Positions 19,096 through 28,650 of a stretch of 64,000 nucleotides of DNA are shown one piece after another. Source of the DNA: an uncultured Actinomycetota bacterium (GTDB lineage Bacteria; Actinomycetota; Actinomycetes; JAHEKZ01); contig CAVQYR010000002.1 in assembly GCA_963718235.1 (NCBI GenBank), forward strand, positions 64,001 to 128,000, written 5' to 3'. The position numbers were made by a program, and so were the translations under genes. Below the pieces are notes generated by a model. It was not told the DNA's origin. It saw only the letters and a list, made by a program, of their open reading frames with translations, and ran no database searches. Numbering within the stretch: the stretch's first letter is position 1; each line of letters starts with the position of its first letter.

Positions 19096-22000
19096 CTACC
19101 CCTTGAAGCCACCGAGCTTGGGGTCGTTGTAGGTGCCGAGGACCAGCAGGCGCAGGTCGCCCTTGACCGCAGCGTTCCTGCTCCAGAGGTACTTGACCGA
19201 GCGGATGCAGGGGAACACGGTGCTGGCCTTCAGCGTCCGTGGGCACCAGTACGCCCGCTTCAACGTCGAGGGACTCGAGTCCTTGGTGTAGTAGACCTTC
19301 ACCGTCTTGGGGCTCACCCCGACGACCGTCGACTTGTCATAGGTGATCGAGTACCTCAACGGGTGGCGGTAGTCGTAGTACGACGCGCTCGGTGGGACGT
19401 ACTGGATCACCGTGGAGTTGATCGGTGGGGACGTGGGGGTCGGGACGCCCCCAGTGCCGGTCCGACCGGTGACGCAGAACGGTGGGGCGCACAGCTGCTC
19501 GTCGACCAGGACGGTCCCTCCCGGCCCACCGGGCGGTACGGCAAGGGCCGCTGCGGTCGTGTCGCCGGGTGTGGCGACCGGCACGACCTCGCCGCCCACG
19601 GTGACGACCGGTGCGGTGGCCACGGTCTGGGTCTGGTTGCTCGGTGGCACGTACTCGGTGACGGTGCCCGGCGTTGCCGGGTCGATGGTGGTGAACTGGG
19701 TGGCACTGTCGTTGTTGGGGTTCGGGTCGTTCGACGTCGTGGTCACAGACCCTTCGACGAGTGTCGTCGTCGGCGAGTCGATGGTGCCGTCCGTGTCGAG
19801 CACCACCGCGATGTCGGCAGAGCCGTTGTTCGCAAGGTCACCGAGTGGGCACAGTACGACCCCGCCGGTGAGGGTGCAGGCGACCGGCCCGCCCGAGCCG
19901 GTCGCAGAGCCGGAGACGAAGGTCGTGCCGAACGGCAGGCTCGACGAGGAGTCACCGTTGAGCTGGAACACCACGTCGGTCGCCGTGCCCGGCCCTGCGT
20001 TGACCACCGTGGCGGAGTACAGCACCCGTCCGCCCGCCGTCACCGGGTCCGGGGTGTCGGTGAACGAGGAGACGCGAACGTCGGCGCTCGTAGCCCCTTG
20101 CACGGTGATGTCGATGGTTGCCGGCGACGAGTCGACCTGGCCGTCGTTCGTCGTGAAGGTGAACGAGTCCGGTCCGGAGTACCCCTCGTCGGGGGTGTAC
20201 CGCCACGTCTGAGTGCACGTCGATGGAGTTGTCTCAGAGCAGGAGATCGCGGACTGGCTGCTCAGCACCCCGTGCTGCGGCTGGAGCGGCGCAAAGGTCA
20301 GCGCGTCGCCGTCGGGGTCGGTGCCCGAGAGGTCGAAGTCCACGCTGTTGTTCTGCGCGACGGTCACACCGCCGGAGTTGGCCGTCGGCGGCTGGTTGGC
20401 TACGGGGACGACGTCGATGTCCACGGTGGCTGCGTCGGAGGTGGCGTACCCGTCGTTGGTGGTCACGGTGAACGAGTCCGGTCCCGAGTAGCCGGGGTCG
20501 GGGGTGTAGTTCACGACGATGGTGCACGTCGTGACCTGGCTGCAGTCGGCGGTTCCGCCGACGAGCCCGGTCAGTGTGCCGTGAGCCGGCGCCTGTGGCG
20601 TCAGGAAGACGAGTGCGTTGCCGTCCACGTCCGAGCCGGACAATGTGATGTCGACGCTGCCACCCTGGTTGACGGTCGCACTTGTCGGGTCGGCCGTCGG
20701 TGGCTGGTTGGACACCGAGATCGGTCCGGTGGCGAGGGTGTTGTTCCCCGCGTCGGTGTCGTAGGCGTTGGATCCCCCGCGGGCTGCGATGTTGATCGAC
20801 GGTGGGGTGTTGGTTGACGTCTGCAGGATGATCGATGTGGTTGCTGTCGCCTGGGACGGCAGGAAGCCGGCCGGGCAGCTGACGATGCCGCCCGACTCGC
20901 TGCACGCGACCGTTCCGCTGTCGGTGGTCACTGAGCCGGAGACGAACGTCGTACCCGCGGGCAGGACGCTTCCGCCGTTCGCGAAGAACCGGACGACAGT
21001 GTTGGGCGCGTCGCTCGGACCCTGGTTCTTGAGCACGGCAACAACCTCGAAGTTGCTACCTGTCGATATGGCAGGCGAGCTGGTGCTCACCGACTGCATG
21101 ACGAGATCGGCGTTCTCGACGTCCATGGAGATCGTTGCGGGGCTGGACGTCAGCGAGCCGTCGCTGACCGTGAAGGTGAACGAGTCAGGACCGACGTAGC
21201 CGTTGTCGGGTGTGTACAAGACATCGGCAGTGCATTCGTTCAGCGCTGTGCAGTCAGGGGTTCCAGGCGTTCCGAGGCTCCCATGGCTCGGTGTGCTCGC
21301 TGCGAAGCTCAGGTCGTCGTCATTGACGTCGGTCCCGTGCAGCGTGACGACGAACGGTTGCGCCGCAACCACGCCGAGAGTCTGGCCGGCAGCGACGGGT
21401 GCTTGGTTCGTCAGCGGTTGCACGTGGATGGTCACGAGCTGCGCTGCAGAGGTGGTGGTCCCGTCGTTCACGGTGAATTGGAAGTCGTCGTCGCCGACGA
21501 AGCCGTTGGTTGGCGTGTAGGTGGTGCTCGCCCGGCAGAGTCCACCTGGGTCACAGGTCACCTGGCCGATCTGGACCTGCCCGAAGTCTGGGGCCGTGGT
21601 GACCGCGAAGTCGAGCTGGTCCTCGTCCCAGTCTCCACCGAACAGGTCAAAAGTGACTGGCTGGTCAACCGTGGTCGTGGGGTCGGTGGGGGTGGGGTCG
21701 GCGAACGGCTCCCACTGGACGGTGACATCGACGGTTGCTGGCGCTGAGGTCGCGGCGCCGTCGCTGACCGTGTACGTGAATGAATCAGGGCCGCCGAACC
21801 CGTAGACTGCGGATCGGGTGTAGGTCACCGAGGCGGTACAGGTACCGGCCGGGGAGCACTGCGTGTCGGTGATCCCGGACAGCGACCCGAACTCGGGGGG
21901 GGTATCGATCGCGAAGGTCAGGTTGTCGCCATCTGCATCGGTGCCGGCGAGCGTGACCTGGGTCACCGCGAGCGCCGCCCAGGGGTCGCCCTGCACGGTG

Positions 22001-22863
22001 GTCGATACGGCCTCCGCGACTGGTGTCGAGTTGCCGCCATCGCCAACGACGACACACGGTGAGCGCTCGGTCGTGATGCCGAACTCGGGCGACACACTCG
22101 CCGTGAGCGTCAACCCGGCGGTCAACGTGGAAGGCAAGCTGACCTGGCCTGAGAAGTCACCGTTCTGGTCAAGGGTGATGTACGCGTCGCCGGGCGCCAT
22201 CTCCAAGCCGGACTGGGCACCGAAGCAGCTCGGTCCGCCGTAGAGGTCCAAGCGGGCATTCATTGGTCCGGCCGGACCGTCGTACGAGATGCCCACTACG
22301 TCGGTGCCTTCATCGGCCGAGGTGATCATCGGCGGGCCGTCGGGAGGGGCGTTGAGACCTCCCGGCCCGGTATCGATGGCGAGCCCACCGTTGTTGTAGA
22401 TGATGTTGTTGAAGTCGAGATCAAGACTGTCGTTGACGGCTCCGGTGGCCCGAATGCCGGGGCCACCGTTGTTGTAGATCTGGTTGTAGGAGACATCGCC
22501 CCCAATGCCGAGCGTGCCACCGTTGAGGGTGACGCCGTTACCTCCGCCGCTCGAGATGTTGTTCTGCTGAACAACCAGGCCGGTCACCGTGCCCGCGACC
22601 GTTCTCACCTGTACTCCTCCGGCCCCGCGTCCGGGCCAGCCACCGATGCCGTTGCTGACGATGCGGACGTCGTTGCCACCGTTCAGTGCGATGCCACTAC
22701 TGCCACCCGCGGGGCCGACGATCGTGTTGTTGGTGACGAGCACACTCGTCACGTCCGTCATGTCCACGCTCGTGTTCACGGGCAGCGGGGTGACTCTCGT
22801 CGCGGGAAAGGCCGATCGTGTTGCAGGAGATCTCCACGTTGAGGGCCCCGGGGAGAACTGCAA
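19096..22863 (-). CDS. Large secreted beta-helix/Ig-like repeat protein, C-terminal part (downstream of frameshift)
   Basis: Asn/Gly-rich beta-helix repeats, five Ig/cadherin-like units (GPDSFTxTxxDG), two DUF11-like units (NQGPSDA, NAGPGTA). Plausible sequence begins near 22790. Confidence 0.8.
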   Translation of the reverse strand: MQFSPGPSTWRSPATRSAFPATRVTPLPVNTSVDMTDVTSVLVTNNTIVGPAGGSSGIALNGGNDVRIVSNGIGGWPGRGAGGVQVRTVAGTVTGLVVQQNNISSGGGNGVTLNGGTLGIGGDVSYNQIYNNGGPGIRATGAVNDSLDLDFNNIIYNNGGLAIDTGPGGLNAPPDGPPMITSADEGTDVVGISYDGPAGPMNARLDLYGGPSCFGAQSGLEMAPGDAYITLDQNGDFSGQVSLPSTLTAGLTLTASVSPEFGITTERSPCVVVGDGGNSTPVAEAVSTTVQGDPWAALAVTQVTLAGTDADGDNLTFAIDTPPEFGSLSGITDTQCSPAGTCTASVTYTRSAVYGFGGPDSFTYTVSDGAATSAPATVDVTVQWEPFADPTPTDPTTTVDQPVTFDLFGGDWDEDQLDFAVTTAPDFGQVQIGQVTCDPGGLCRASTTYTPTNGFVGDDDFQFTVNDGTTTSAAQLVTIHVQPLTNQAPVAAGQTLGVVAAQPFVVTLHGTDVNDDDLSFAASTPSHGSLGTPGTPDCTALNECTADVLYTPDNGYVGPDSFTFTVSDGSLTSSPATISMDVENADLVMQSVSTSSPAISTGSNFEVVAVLKNQGPSDAPNTVVRFFANGGSVLPAGTTFVSGSVTTDSGTVACSESGGIVSCPAGFLPSQATATTSIILQTSTNTPPSINIAARGGSNAYDTDAGNNTLATGPISVSNQPPTADPTSATVNQGGSVDITLSGSDVDGNALVFLTPQAPAHGTLTGLVGGTADCSQVTTCTIVVNYTPDPGYSGPDSFTVTTNDGYATSDAATVDIDVVPVANQPPTANSGGVTVAQNNSVDFDLSGTDPDGDALTFAPLQPQHGVLSSQSAISCSETTPSTCTQTWRYTPDEGYSGPDSFTFTTNDGQVDSSPATIDITVQGATSADVRVSSFTDTPDPVTAGGRVLYSATVVNAGPGTATDVVFQLNGDSSSSLPFGTTFVSGSATGSGGPVACTLTGGVVLCPLGDLANNGSADIAVVLDTDGTIDSPTTTLVEGSVTTTSNDPNPNNDSATQFTTIDPATPGTVTEYVPPSNQTQTVATAPVVTVGGEVVPVATPGDTTAAALAVPPGGPGGTVLVDEQLCAPPFCVTGRTGTGGVPTPTSPPINSTVIQYVPPSASYYDYRHPLRYSITYDKSTVVGVSPKTVKVYYTKDSSPSTLKRAYWCPRTLKASTVFPCIRSVKYLWSRNAAVKGDLRLLVLGTYNDPKLGGFKG

Positions 22864-23500
22864 CTCCAGACGCGGCGTTGGCGATCAGGTTGTTGTTCAC
22901 CGTGACGCCGGCGGCCGCCCGGACCTGCACGCCCGAGTTCAGCTGCGGCCCGGCGATGTTCATCCCGGCTAGATCGACTCCGAACTGTGACTGAGCGATG
23001 AGCGCGTTGGCCGTTCCATCAAGCACGTCGACGCCAGTTCCGAACCCGTCCGATCCGCTCCCGGCGACGGAGAGTCCGGTGAGGGTGACGTTGTCACTGG
23101 CAATGGTGAACAGGGCTGAAGCGCCGAACGCTCCACCGCTGAGGATCTGCACCTGGGGGTTGCCCGGCGACCATCCGGGGATTGCTGTCGCGTCGATGGT
23201 CAGCTGATCGGTGATCGGGGGGAGGACCTGGACCCCGTTGACTGCGCTGGTCATGGTGATCGTGTACGGGGGAGGGCCCAAGGCTTCGGGCTCGAACCGG
23301 ATCAGGTCTGCGCCTGGGCTGGCATTGGTATCGAGGATGACCTGTCGTAGGGACCCGGGTCCGCTGTCGTCGGTCGTCGTCACCAGGAAAGTGGCGGCGT
23401 TCGCGGTGCCTGGTACGGCGACCACGAGGCCGGCGGCGGTGCAGGCCGCGGCAAGCAGTGCGACGACATGGCGGCGGTGGGTGTGACGATGACGGCCCAT
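22697..23500 (-). CDS. N-terminal part of the same secreted protein (signal peptide + start of beta-helix)
   Basis: Signal peptide ending ANAA, TFLVTTTDDSGPGSLRQ motif, beta-helix repeats; reading goes out of register after ...NTIGLSRDE. Confidence 0.78.
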   Translation of the reverse strand: MGRHRHTHRRHVVALLAAACTAAGLVVAVPGTANAATFLVTTTDDSGPGSLRQVILDTNASPGADLIRFEPEALGPPPYTITMTSAVNGVQVLPPITDQLTIDATAIPGWSPGNPQVQILSGGAFGASALFTIASDNVTLTGLSVAGSGSDGFGTGVDVLDGTANALIAQSQFGVDLAGMNIAGPQLNSGVQVRAAAGVTVNNNLIANAASGVAVLPGALNVEISCNTIGLSRDESHPAAREHERGHDGRDECARHQQHDRRPRGWQ

Positions 23501-23645
23501 GAGGGCCTCCCCGTTTGACTCGAGCGGCGAAGCGCGCAGATGTCACGGTGGAACCTACGCCGGTTTCACTCTGCTGTCCCCCGGGTTCACCAGATGTCCG
23601 TTTCGCGTTGTTTCGCGCCGTCGTTGAGGCGGTAGCGTCCGGATC

Positions 23646-24508
23646 ATGACTGATGCCGCCCGCTGGGGTACGCCGGACATGTACTCGACGCTACGCACCG
23701 TGCTCGTGCGGACACCGACGATCACCGGGGAGTTCGTCAGCGAGGGGCACTGGCGCGAGCCGGACCTGCGCTCTGCTGCCCCAGCAGCATGCCGAGTTCG
23801 CCGAGCTCCTGCGCTCGTTGGGGGCCGAGGTCATCGTCGACCGACCCGGTCGACGGGCTGGTCGACGCCGTCTACACCCACGACCCGATGACGATGACGC
23901 CGCACGGCGCTCTGCTCTACCAGATGCGCAAGCCGGTACGTGCGCCCGAACCCGCGGTGATGCGCGCCGACCTCGAGCGCCTCGGCGTCCCGATCGTCGG
24001 CGAGCTGACCGGCGACGCCTACAGCGACGGCGGTGACAAGGTGTGGCTCGACGAGCACACCCTCGTAGTGGGCCGTGGCTACCGCACCACTGCTGCTGCG
24101 ATCGAGCAGATGCGGGCGATCCTCGAGCCGTTCGGTGTGAACGTCGTACGGGTCGACCTCCCGCACTTCCTCGGCCCGGATGCCGTGCTGCACCTGATGA
24201 GCGTCATCTCCCCGCTCGACCACGACCTGGCCGTCGTCTACGAGCCGCTGGCTCCCGTGTCACTGCTGGAGCTGCTCGACGAGCGCGGCATCGCCCGGAT
24301 CACCGTCGAGGAGGACGAGTTCTGGACCCAGGGCGCAAACATCCTCGCGGTCGGGCCGCGGCGGGTCGTGCTGGCGGCCGGCAACGACAAGGTGCACAAG
24401 AAGCTGGACGCCGCCGGCGTCGAGGTGCACGTGTTCGACGGCAGTGAGGTCGCGGTCAAGGGTGACGGCGGACCGACCTGCCTGACCCAGCCGCTGTGGC
24501 GGGCATGA
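23646..24508 (+). pseudogene. Amidinotransferase/dimethylarginine dimethylaminohydrolase-family enzyme, interrupted by two frameshifts
   Basis: Three frames join into one protein: MTDAARWG..LRTVLVRTP / QQHAEFAELLRSLGAEV / DAVYTHDP..DGGD..LHLMS..GGPTCLTQPL with the catalytic Cys. May be intact in vivo if the shifts are assembly errors. Confidence 0.8.
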
Positions 24509-25809
24509 CTGCGGAGCCCTCAGCTCTGCTGTCGGTCGACGAACGACGGGCGCTGGCCGCGCTCGAGGCGCTGATCGGCGACGACGCCCACACGGCCATG
24601 CTCGCGGACCTCATCGCCATCCCGTCGGTCACGGGCACGCCGGCGGAGACCGAGGCCCAGCACTGGGCGGCCCGTCGCTGTGAGCACCTCGGCCTCGAGG
24701 TCGACCTGTGGCGGATGGATGTCGACGATCTGCGAGCGGCGGAGGGATTCCCCGGCACCGAGGCACCGCGCGACGAGGCGTGGGGCATGGTCGCTGTGAC
24801 CCCGACGCCCACCGAAGCAGCCGACCAGCCGCTGCTCGTGCTGCAGGGCCACCTCGACGTCGTTCCTCCTGGTGACGTCGAGGCGTGGGGCGGGCACGAC
24901 CCCTTCGACCCGCGCGTCGTCGACGGGGTGCTGCACGGCCGCGGTGCGTGCGACATGAAGGCCGGCGTCGTGGCGAACCTGCTCGCCGTCGAAGCGCTGA
25001 GTCGCAGTGGGGTGACGCTGCCGTGCCGGCTCGCCGTCCAGACCGTCGTGAGTGAGGAGGACGGCGGACTGGGCGCGTTCGGCACGCTGGCCCGCGGTCA
25101 CCGCGGCGATGCCTGCCTGATCACCGAGCCGACGTCGCGGACCATCATCACCGCCAACGGCGGTGCGCTGACGTTCACGCTGACCGTGCACGGTGCCGCC
25201 ACGCACGGAAGCACCCGGTACGAGGGAGTCAGCGCGATCGAGAAGTTCCAGCTGGTGCACGACGCCTTGCGCGACCTCGAGACCGAGCGCAACGCCGAGG
25301 TCGGACCACTCATGTCCGAGTACCCGATCGCCTACCCGCTCATGGTCGGCCGGGTCAGTGCCGGGGACTGGTCGAGCACCGTTCCTGACCTGTTGGTGGC
25401 CGAGGGACGGTACGGCGTTCGCCTCGACGAGACCCCGCAGCAGGCTCGTGAGGTGTTCGAGCAGCGGGTAGCGGCCGTCTGCACCGATGACCCCTGGCTG
25501 GCCGAGCACCCGGTGCGGGTCGAGTGGAGCGGCGGCCAGTTCGCCCCTGGGGCGTTCCCCGCCACCCACCCGTTCGCCGGGCAGGTGGCCGACGCGTACA
25601 CCGACGTCACCGGTCGAACTCGACCCCGGCAGCGCGGAGCCCCCTACGGCAGCGACCTGCGCCTGTACAACGCGGCGGGAGTGCCCACGCTGCACCTCGG
25701 GCCCGGGGAGGTGCGCCACGCTCACGCGCCGACCGAGCAGGTGCGCCTCGACGAGCTCGCCGACATTGCCCGGGCGCTGGTGGTGATCGCCCTGCGGTTT
25801 CGCTCCTAG
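24505..25809 (+). CDS. M20 ArgE/DapE-family amidohydrolase
   Basis: LQGHLDVVP, HGRGACDMKAG, VSEEDGG, ITEPT, HAHAPTE; ATGA overlap with the upstream gene. Confidence 0.9.
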   Translation: MTAEPSALLSVDERRALAALEALIGDDAHTAMLADLIAIPSVTGTPAETEAQHWAARRCEHLGLEVDLWRMDVDDLRAAEGFPGTEAPRDEAWGMVAVTPTPTEAADQPLLVLQGHLDVVPPGDVEAWGGHDPFDPRVVDGVLHGRGACDMKAGVVANLLAVEALSRSGVTLPCRLAVQTVVSEEDGGLGAFGTLARGHRGDACLITEPTSRTIITANGGALTFTLTVHGAATHGSTRYEGVSAIEKFQLVHDALRDLETERNAEVGPLMSEYPIAYPLMVGRVSAGDWSSTVPDLLVAEGRYGVRLDETPQQAREVFEQRVAAVCTDDPWLAEHPVRVEWSGGQFAPGAFPATHPFAGQVADAYTDVTGRTRPRQRGAPYGSDLRLYNAAGVPTLHLGPGEVRHAHAPTEQVRLDELADIARALVVIALRFRS

Positions 25810-25818
25810 ACTCGCGGC

Positions 25819-27174
25819 GTGCATGAGTACACCGAGGACACCGAGCGCCTCGCCCAACAGGTCATCGACTACGCCCGCGACCGGCTCCGGCTCAACCCGG
25901 TGCCGCTGGACGGACCGCAGCCCTTCGAGGTCCTCGACGAGGTGGTGGGCGAGACGATCACGGCCGACGGCCTCGGTGGCGACCGCGTCCTGAAGATCTT
26001 CGAGAACGTCCTGGCCCCGGCGTGCATCTCGGTCGACAACCCGCGCTACCTGTCGTTCATCCCAGCGGCGCCCACCGAGGCCGCGACCCTGTTCGACGTC
26101 GTGGTCGGCGCGTCGTCGATCTACGGCGGCTCGTGGCTGGAGGGCGCCGGCGCGATCTACGCCGAGAACCAAGCGCTGCGCTGGATCTCCGACCTCGCCG
26201 GTCTTCCCGTGGGCGCTGGTGGGACGTTCGTGCAGGGTGGCACGATCGGCAACCTGTCGGCGTTGGTGACGGCTCGGCACACCAAGCAGCTGCAGCGCGA
26301 AGGGCGGCCGGACCGCTGGGTGCTCGTGTGCTCCGCCGAGGCGCACTCGTCGATGCAGCACGCGGCAAGGGTCATGGACATCGACATCCGCACCGTCCCG
26401 GTCAACGACCAGGGCAAGATGACCGGCGAGGCGCTGGCCGCCGTCCTCGACGAGCACGGCACGGACGACGTGTTCGCCGTGGTGGCGACGAGCGGCACCA
26501 CCAACTACGGCATCGTCGACGACCTGCAGGGCGTAGCCGAGCAGTGCCAGAAGCGCGGACTGTGGTTCCACGTGGACGGCGCGTACGGCGGCGCAGGACT
26601 GTGTGCCCCCAGTGTGCGCTCGCTCTTCGACGGCATCGAGCACGCCGACTCGTTCATCGTCGACCCGCACAAGTGGTTCTTCGGCCCCTTCGACGCCTGC
26701 GCCCTGATCTACCGCAACCCCGAGCTCGGCCGTGCCGCGCACACCCAGCACGCCGGGTACCTCGATGCGATCAACACCCGTGGCGAGTGGAACCCCAGCG
26801 ACTACGCGGTGCAGCTGTCGCGTCGCGCACGCGGCCTGCCGTTCTGGTTCTCGTTGGCGACGCACGGCACCGACGCCTACACCGAGGCGGTCGAGCACAC
26901 GCTGAGCGTGGCGAGGTTCGCTGCCGACGAGGTGCGCAAGCGAGACTACGTCGAGCTCGTCCGTGAGCCCGAGCTCTCGGTGGTGGTGTTCCGCCGGCTG
27001 GGCTGGACCCCGGAGCAGTACACCGCCTGGTCGGAACGACTGCTTGCGGCCAACTTCGCCTTCGTCCTGCCGACCACGACGTCGTCCGGGGAGACGGTGA
27101 CCCGGTTCGCGATCGTGAACCCGCGGACCTCGGCGGCCGACATCCAGCTGATCCTCGACACCATGGCCGGCTGA
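25819..27174 (+). CDS. Group II PLP-dependent amino-acid decarboxylase
   Basis: GGTIGNL, AHSS, SGTTNYGIVDDL, WFHVDGAYGG, DPHKW (PLP lysine). Confidence 0.92.
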   Translation: MHEYTEDTERLAQQVIDYARDRLRLNPVPLDGPQPFEVLDEVVGETITADGLGGDRVLKIFENVLAPACISVDNPRYLSFIPAAPTEAATLFDVVVGASSIYGGSWLEGAGAIYAENQALRWISDLAGLPVGAGGTFVQGGTIGNLSALVTARHTKQLQREGRPDRWVLVCSAEAHSSMQHAARVMDIDIRTVPVNDQGKMTGEALAAVLDEHGTDDVFAVVATSGTTNYGIVDDLQGVAEQCQKRGLWFHVDGAYGGAGLCAPSVRSLFDGIEHADSFIVDPHKWFFGPFDACALIYRNPELGRAAHTQHAGYLDAINTRGEWNPSDYAVQLSRRARGLPFWFSLATHGTDAYTEAVEHTLSVARFAADEVRKRDYVELVREPELSVVVFRRLGWTPEQYTAWSERLLAANFAFVLPTTTSSGETVTRFAIVNPRTSAADIQLILDTMAG

Positions 27175-27233
27175 CCCGCCCCGGCCCCGCCCCGCCCGTC
27201 TCCGCCCTGCCTGCGCTACCGCCACCGACGTCC

Positions 27234-27299
27234 AAGTTGATCTTGGACTTGATGTCACACCTCAACCGTTTCGGCCGACATCTTCTCCATGATCAACTT
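27234..27299. repeat. 66-bp imperfect-palindrome dispersed element, copy 1
   Basis: AAGTTGATCTTGGACTTGATG-N24-CATCTTCTCCATGATCAACTT; same arms at 42843 and 61145. Confidence 0.9.
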
Positions 27300-27381
27300 T
27301 GGGTAGGGGTGGCGGACGTAGTGGACGGCGGTCCCCCCGCCCGGGTCAAGGACGGGGTGGCCTGGTGCCGACAACCAGCGG

Positions 27382-28500
27382 GTGAACCTGCTCCGGCGCT
27401 GGCCCGCCCTGCTGAGCACCGCAGCGCTCGTTGCGGCGCTCGCCGTACCCACGGTCGCGGCCGCGGACAACGGCCGCGCCTCGTCCGGCCCACAGCCGTA
27501 CGCGCCGCGGGCCCAGGCGCCCACCCTTCCGGTCCCCCCGCCCGGCTCCTGGTACCACGGCGTCTACCCCGGCGGGGTAACCGGGGAGGAGGACGACATC
27601 ACTGCGGCCGACGTGGCCTCCTACGAGGCTGCGGCACGGCATCAGGTGGCGTGGGTCTTCTTCTCCAACAACTGGTACCGGTCACGGCAGTTCCCGCTCA
27701 GCAAGGCGACCTGGATCCGTGACCGGGGGTCGGTGCCCTACGTCCGGCTCATGCTGCGGGCGAGCAGCAACGAGCGTCGGCGCAACGACGCCAGCCCAGA
27801 CCGGACGTTCTCGCTGCACCGGATCATCCGAGGCGACTTCGACGCCGACCTGCGTCGCTGGGCCGACGCTGCCCACGCGTTCGGGACGCCGGTCCTCGCC
27901 GAGTACGGCACCGAGATGAACGGGTTCTGGTTCGGCTGGAACGCCACGCACAACGGCGTCCAGGACGGGGCCAAGCGGTTCCAACTCGCCTACCGACACA
28001 TCATCGCGACCATCCGGGCGCGCGGGGCGGACAACGTGTCCTGGGTGTTCCACGTGAACAACGACGACCAGCCGGCCAGGCCCTGGAACCGACTCGAGCG
28101 CTACTACCCCGGCGACCGGTACATCGACTGGCTGGCCACCTCGGTCTACGGGGCGCTGACCCCGCAAGAGCACTGGAACGAGCCGTTCGCCCGCGGGATG
28201 GACCGGGTCTACCCGCGCCTGCGGCGCCTGGCCGACAAGCCGATCCTGGTCTCGGAGCTCGGCGTGACCAAGAACAACTCACGGGTCGACCCGCTGCGCT
28301 GGGCCGACCAGGCCTTCGATCAGCTGCTCAGTGACCGCTGGCCACGGGTCCGGGGCTTCTCATGGTGGAACGAGACCTGGCAGAACGACGACGTCGCCGC
28401 CCACGACTCGAACCTGCGGATCCAGGACATCCCCGGTCTGCCGCAGGTGTTCAGCTCGGCGTTGGCCGACCCGCGTGTGCTCACCCGACCACTGACGTGA
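27382..28500 (+). CDS. Secreted glycoside hydrolase, GH26-like
   Basis: Signal peptide, IIRGDFDADL, GTEMNG acid/base, YYPGDRYIDW, KPILVSELG nucleophile. Confidence 0.85.
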   Translation: MNLLRRWPALLSTAALVAALAVPTVAAADNGRASSGPQPYAPRAQAPTLPVPPPGSWYHGVYPGGVTGEEDDITAADVASYEAAARHQVAWVFFSNNWYRSRQFPLSKATWIRDRGSVPYVRLMLRASSNERRRNDASPDRTFSLHRIIRGDFDADLRRWADAAHAFGTPVLAEYGTEMNGFWFGWNATHNGVQDGAKRFQLAYRHIIATIRARGADNVSWVFHVNNDDQPARPWNRLERYYPGDRYIDWLATSVYGALTPQEHWNEPFARGMDRVYPRLRRLADKPILVSELGVTKNNSRVDPLRWADQAFDQLLSDRWPRVRGFSWWNETWQNDDVAAHDSNLRIQDIPGLPQVFSSALADPRVLTRPLT

Positions 28501-28507
28501 CCGCCAA

Positions 28508-28552
28508 GTGAGGGCAAGTGGTTGGTCCCCCGTTCCAACCACTTGCCCTCAC
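28508..28552. terminator. 18-bp perfect inverted repeat between convergent genes
   Basis: GTGAGGGCAAGTGGTTGG-9 nt-CCAACCACTTGCCCTCAC, 7 nt after the GH26 stop. Confidence 0.7.
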
Positions 28553-28650
28553 CGGTGAGCCGCGCCGCCTGATCGGCTCGGCTCACTCCGCTCCACCCGG
28601 CGCTCGGTGCCCATCGGTGACGCGCGGTTGGCCGGAACGGCTGCCTGGGA

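Noticed and set aside
6240-23500. Genomic island integrated at tRNA-Thr
   Set aside because: The cargo looks accessory, but I found no integrase and no duplicated tRNA 3' end (att site) in the window.
24520-27258. Long antisense ORFs (912 aa here; also 7328-9640, 43093-45459, 57351-60113 and others)
   Set aside because: Shadow ORFs opposite well-supported genes. They are expected in high-GC DNA and show no recognisable motifs.
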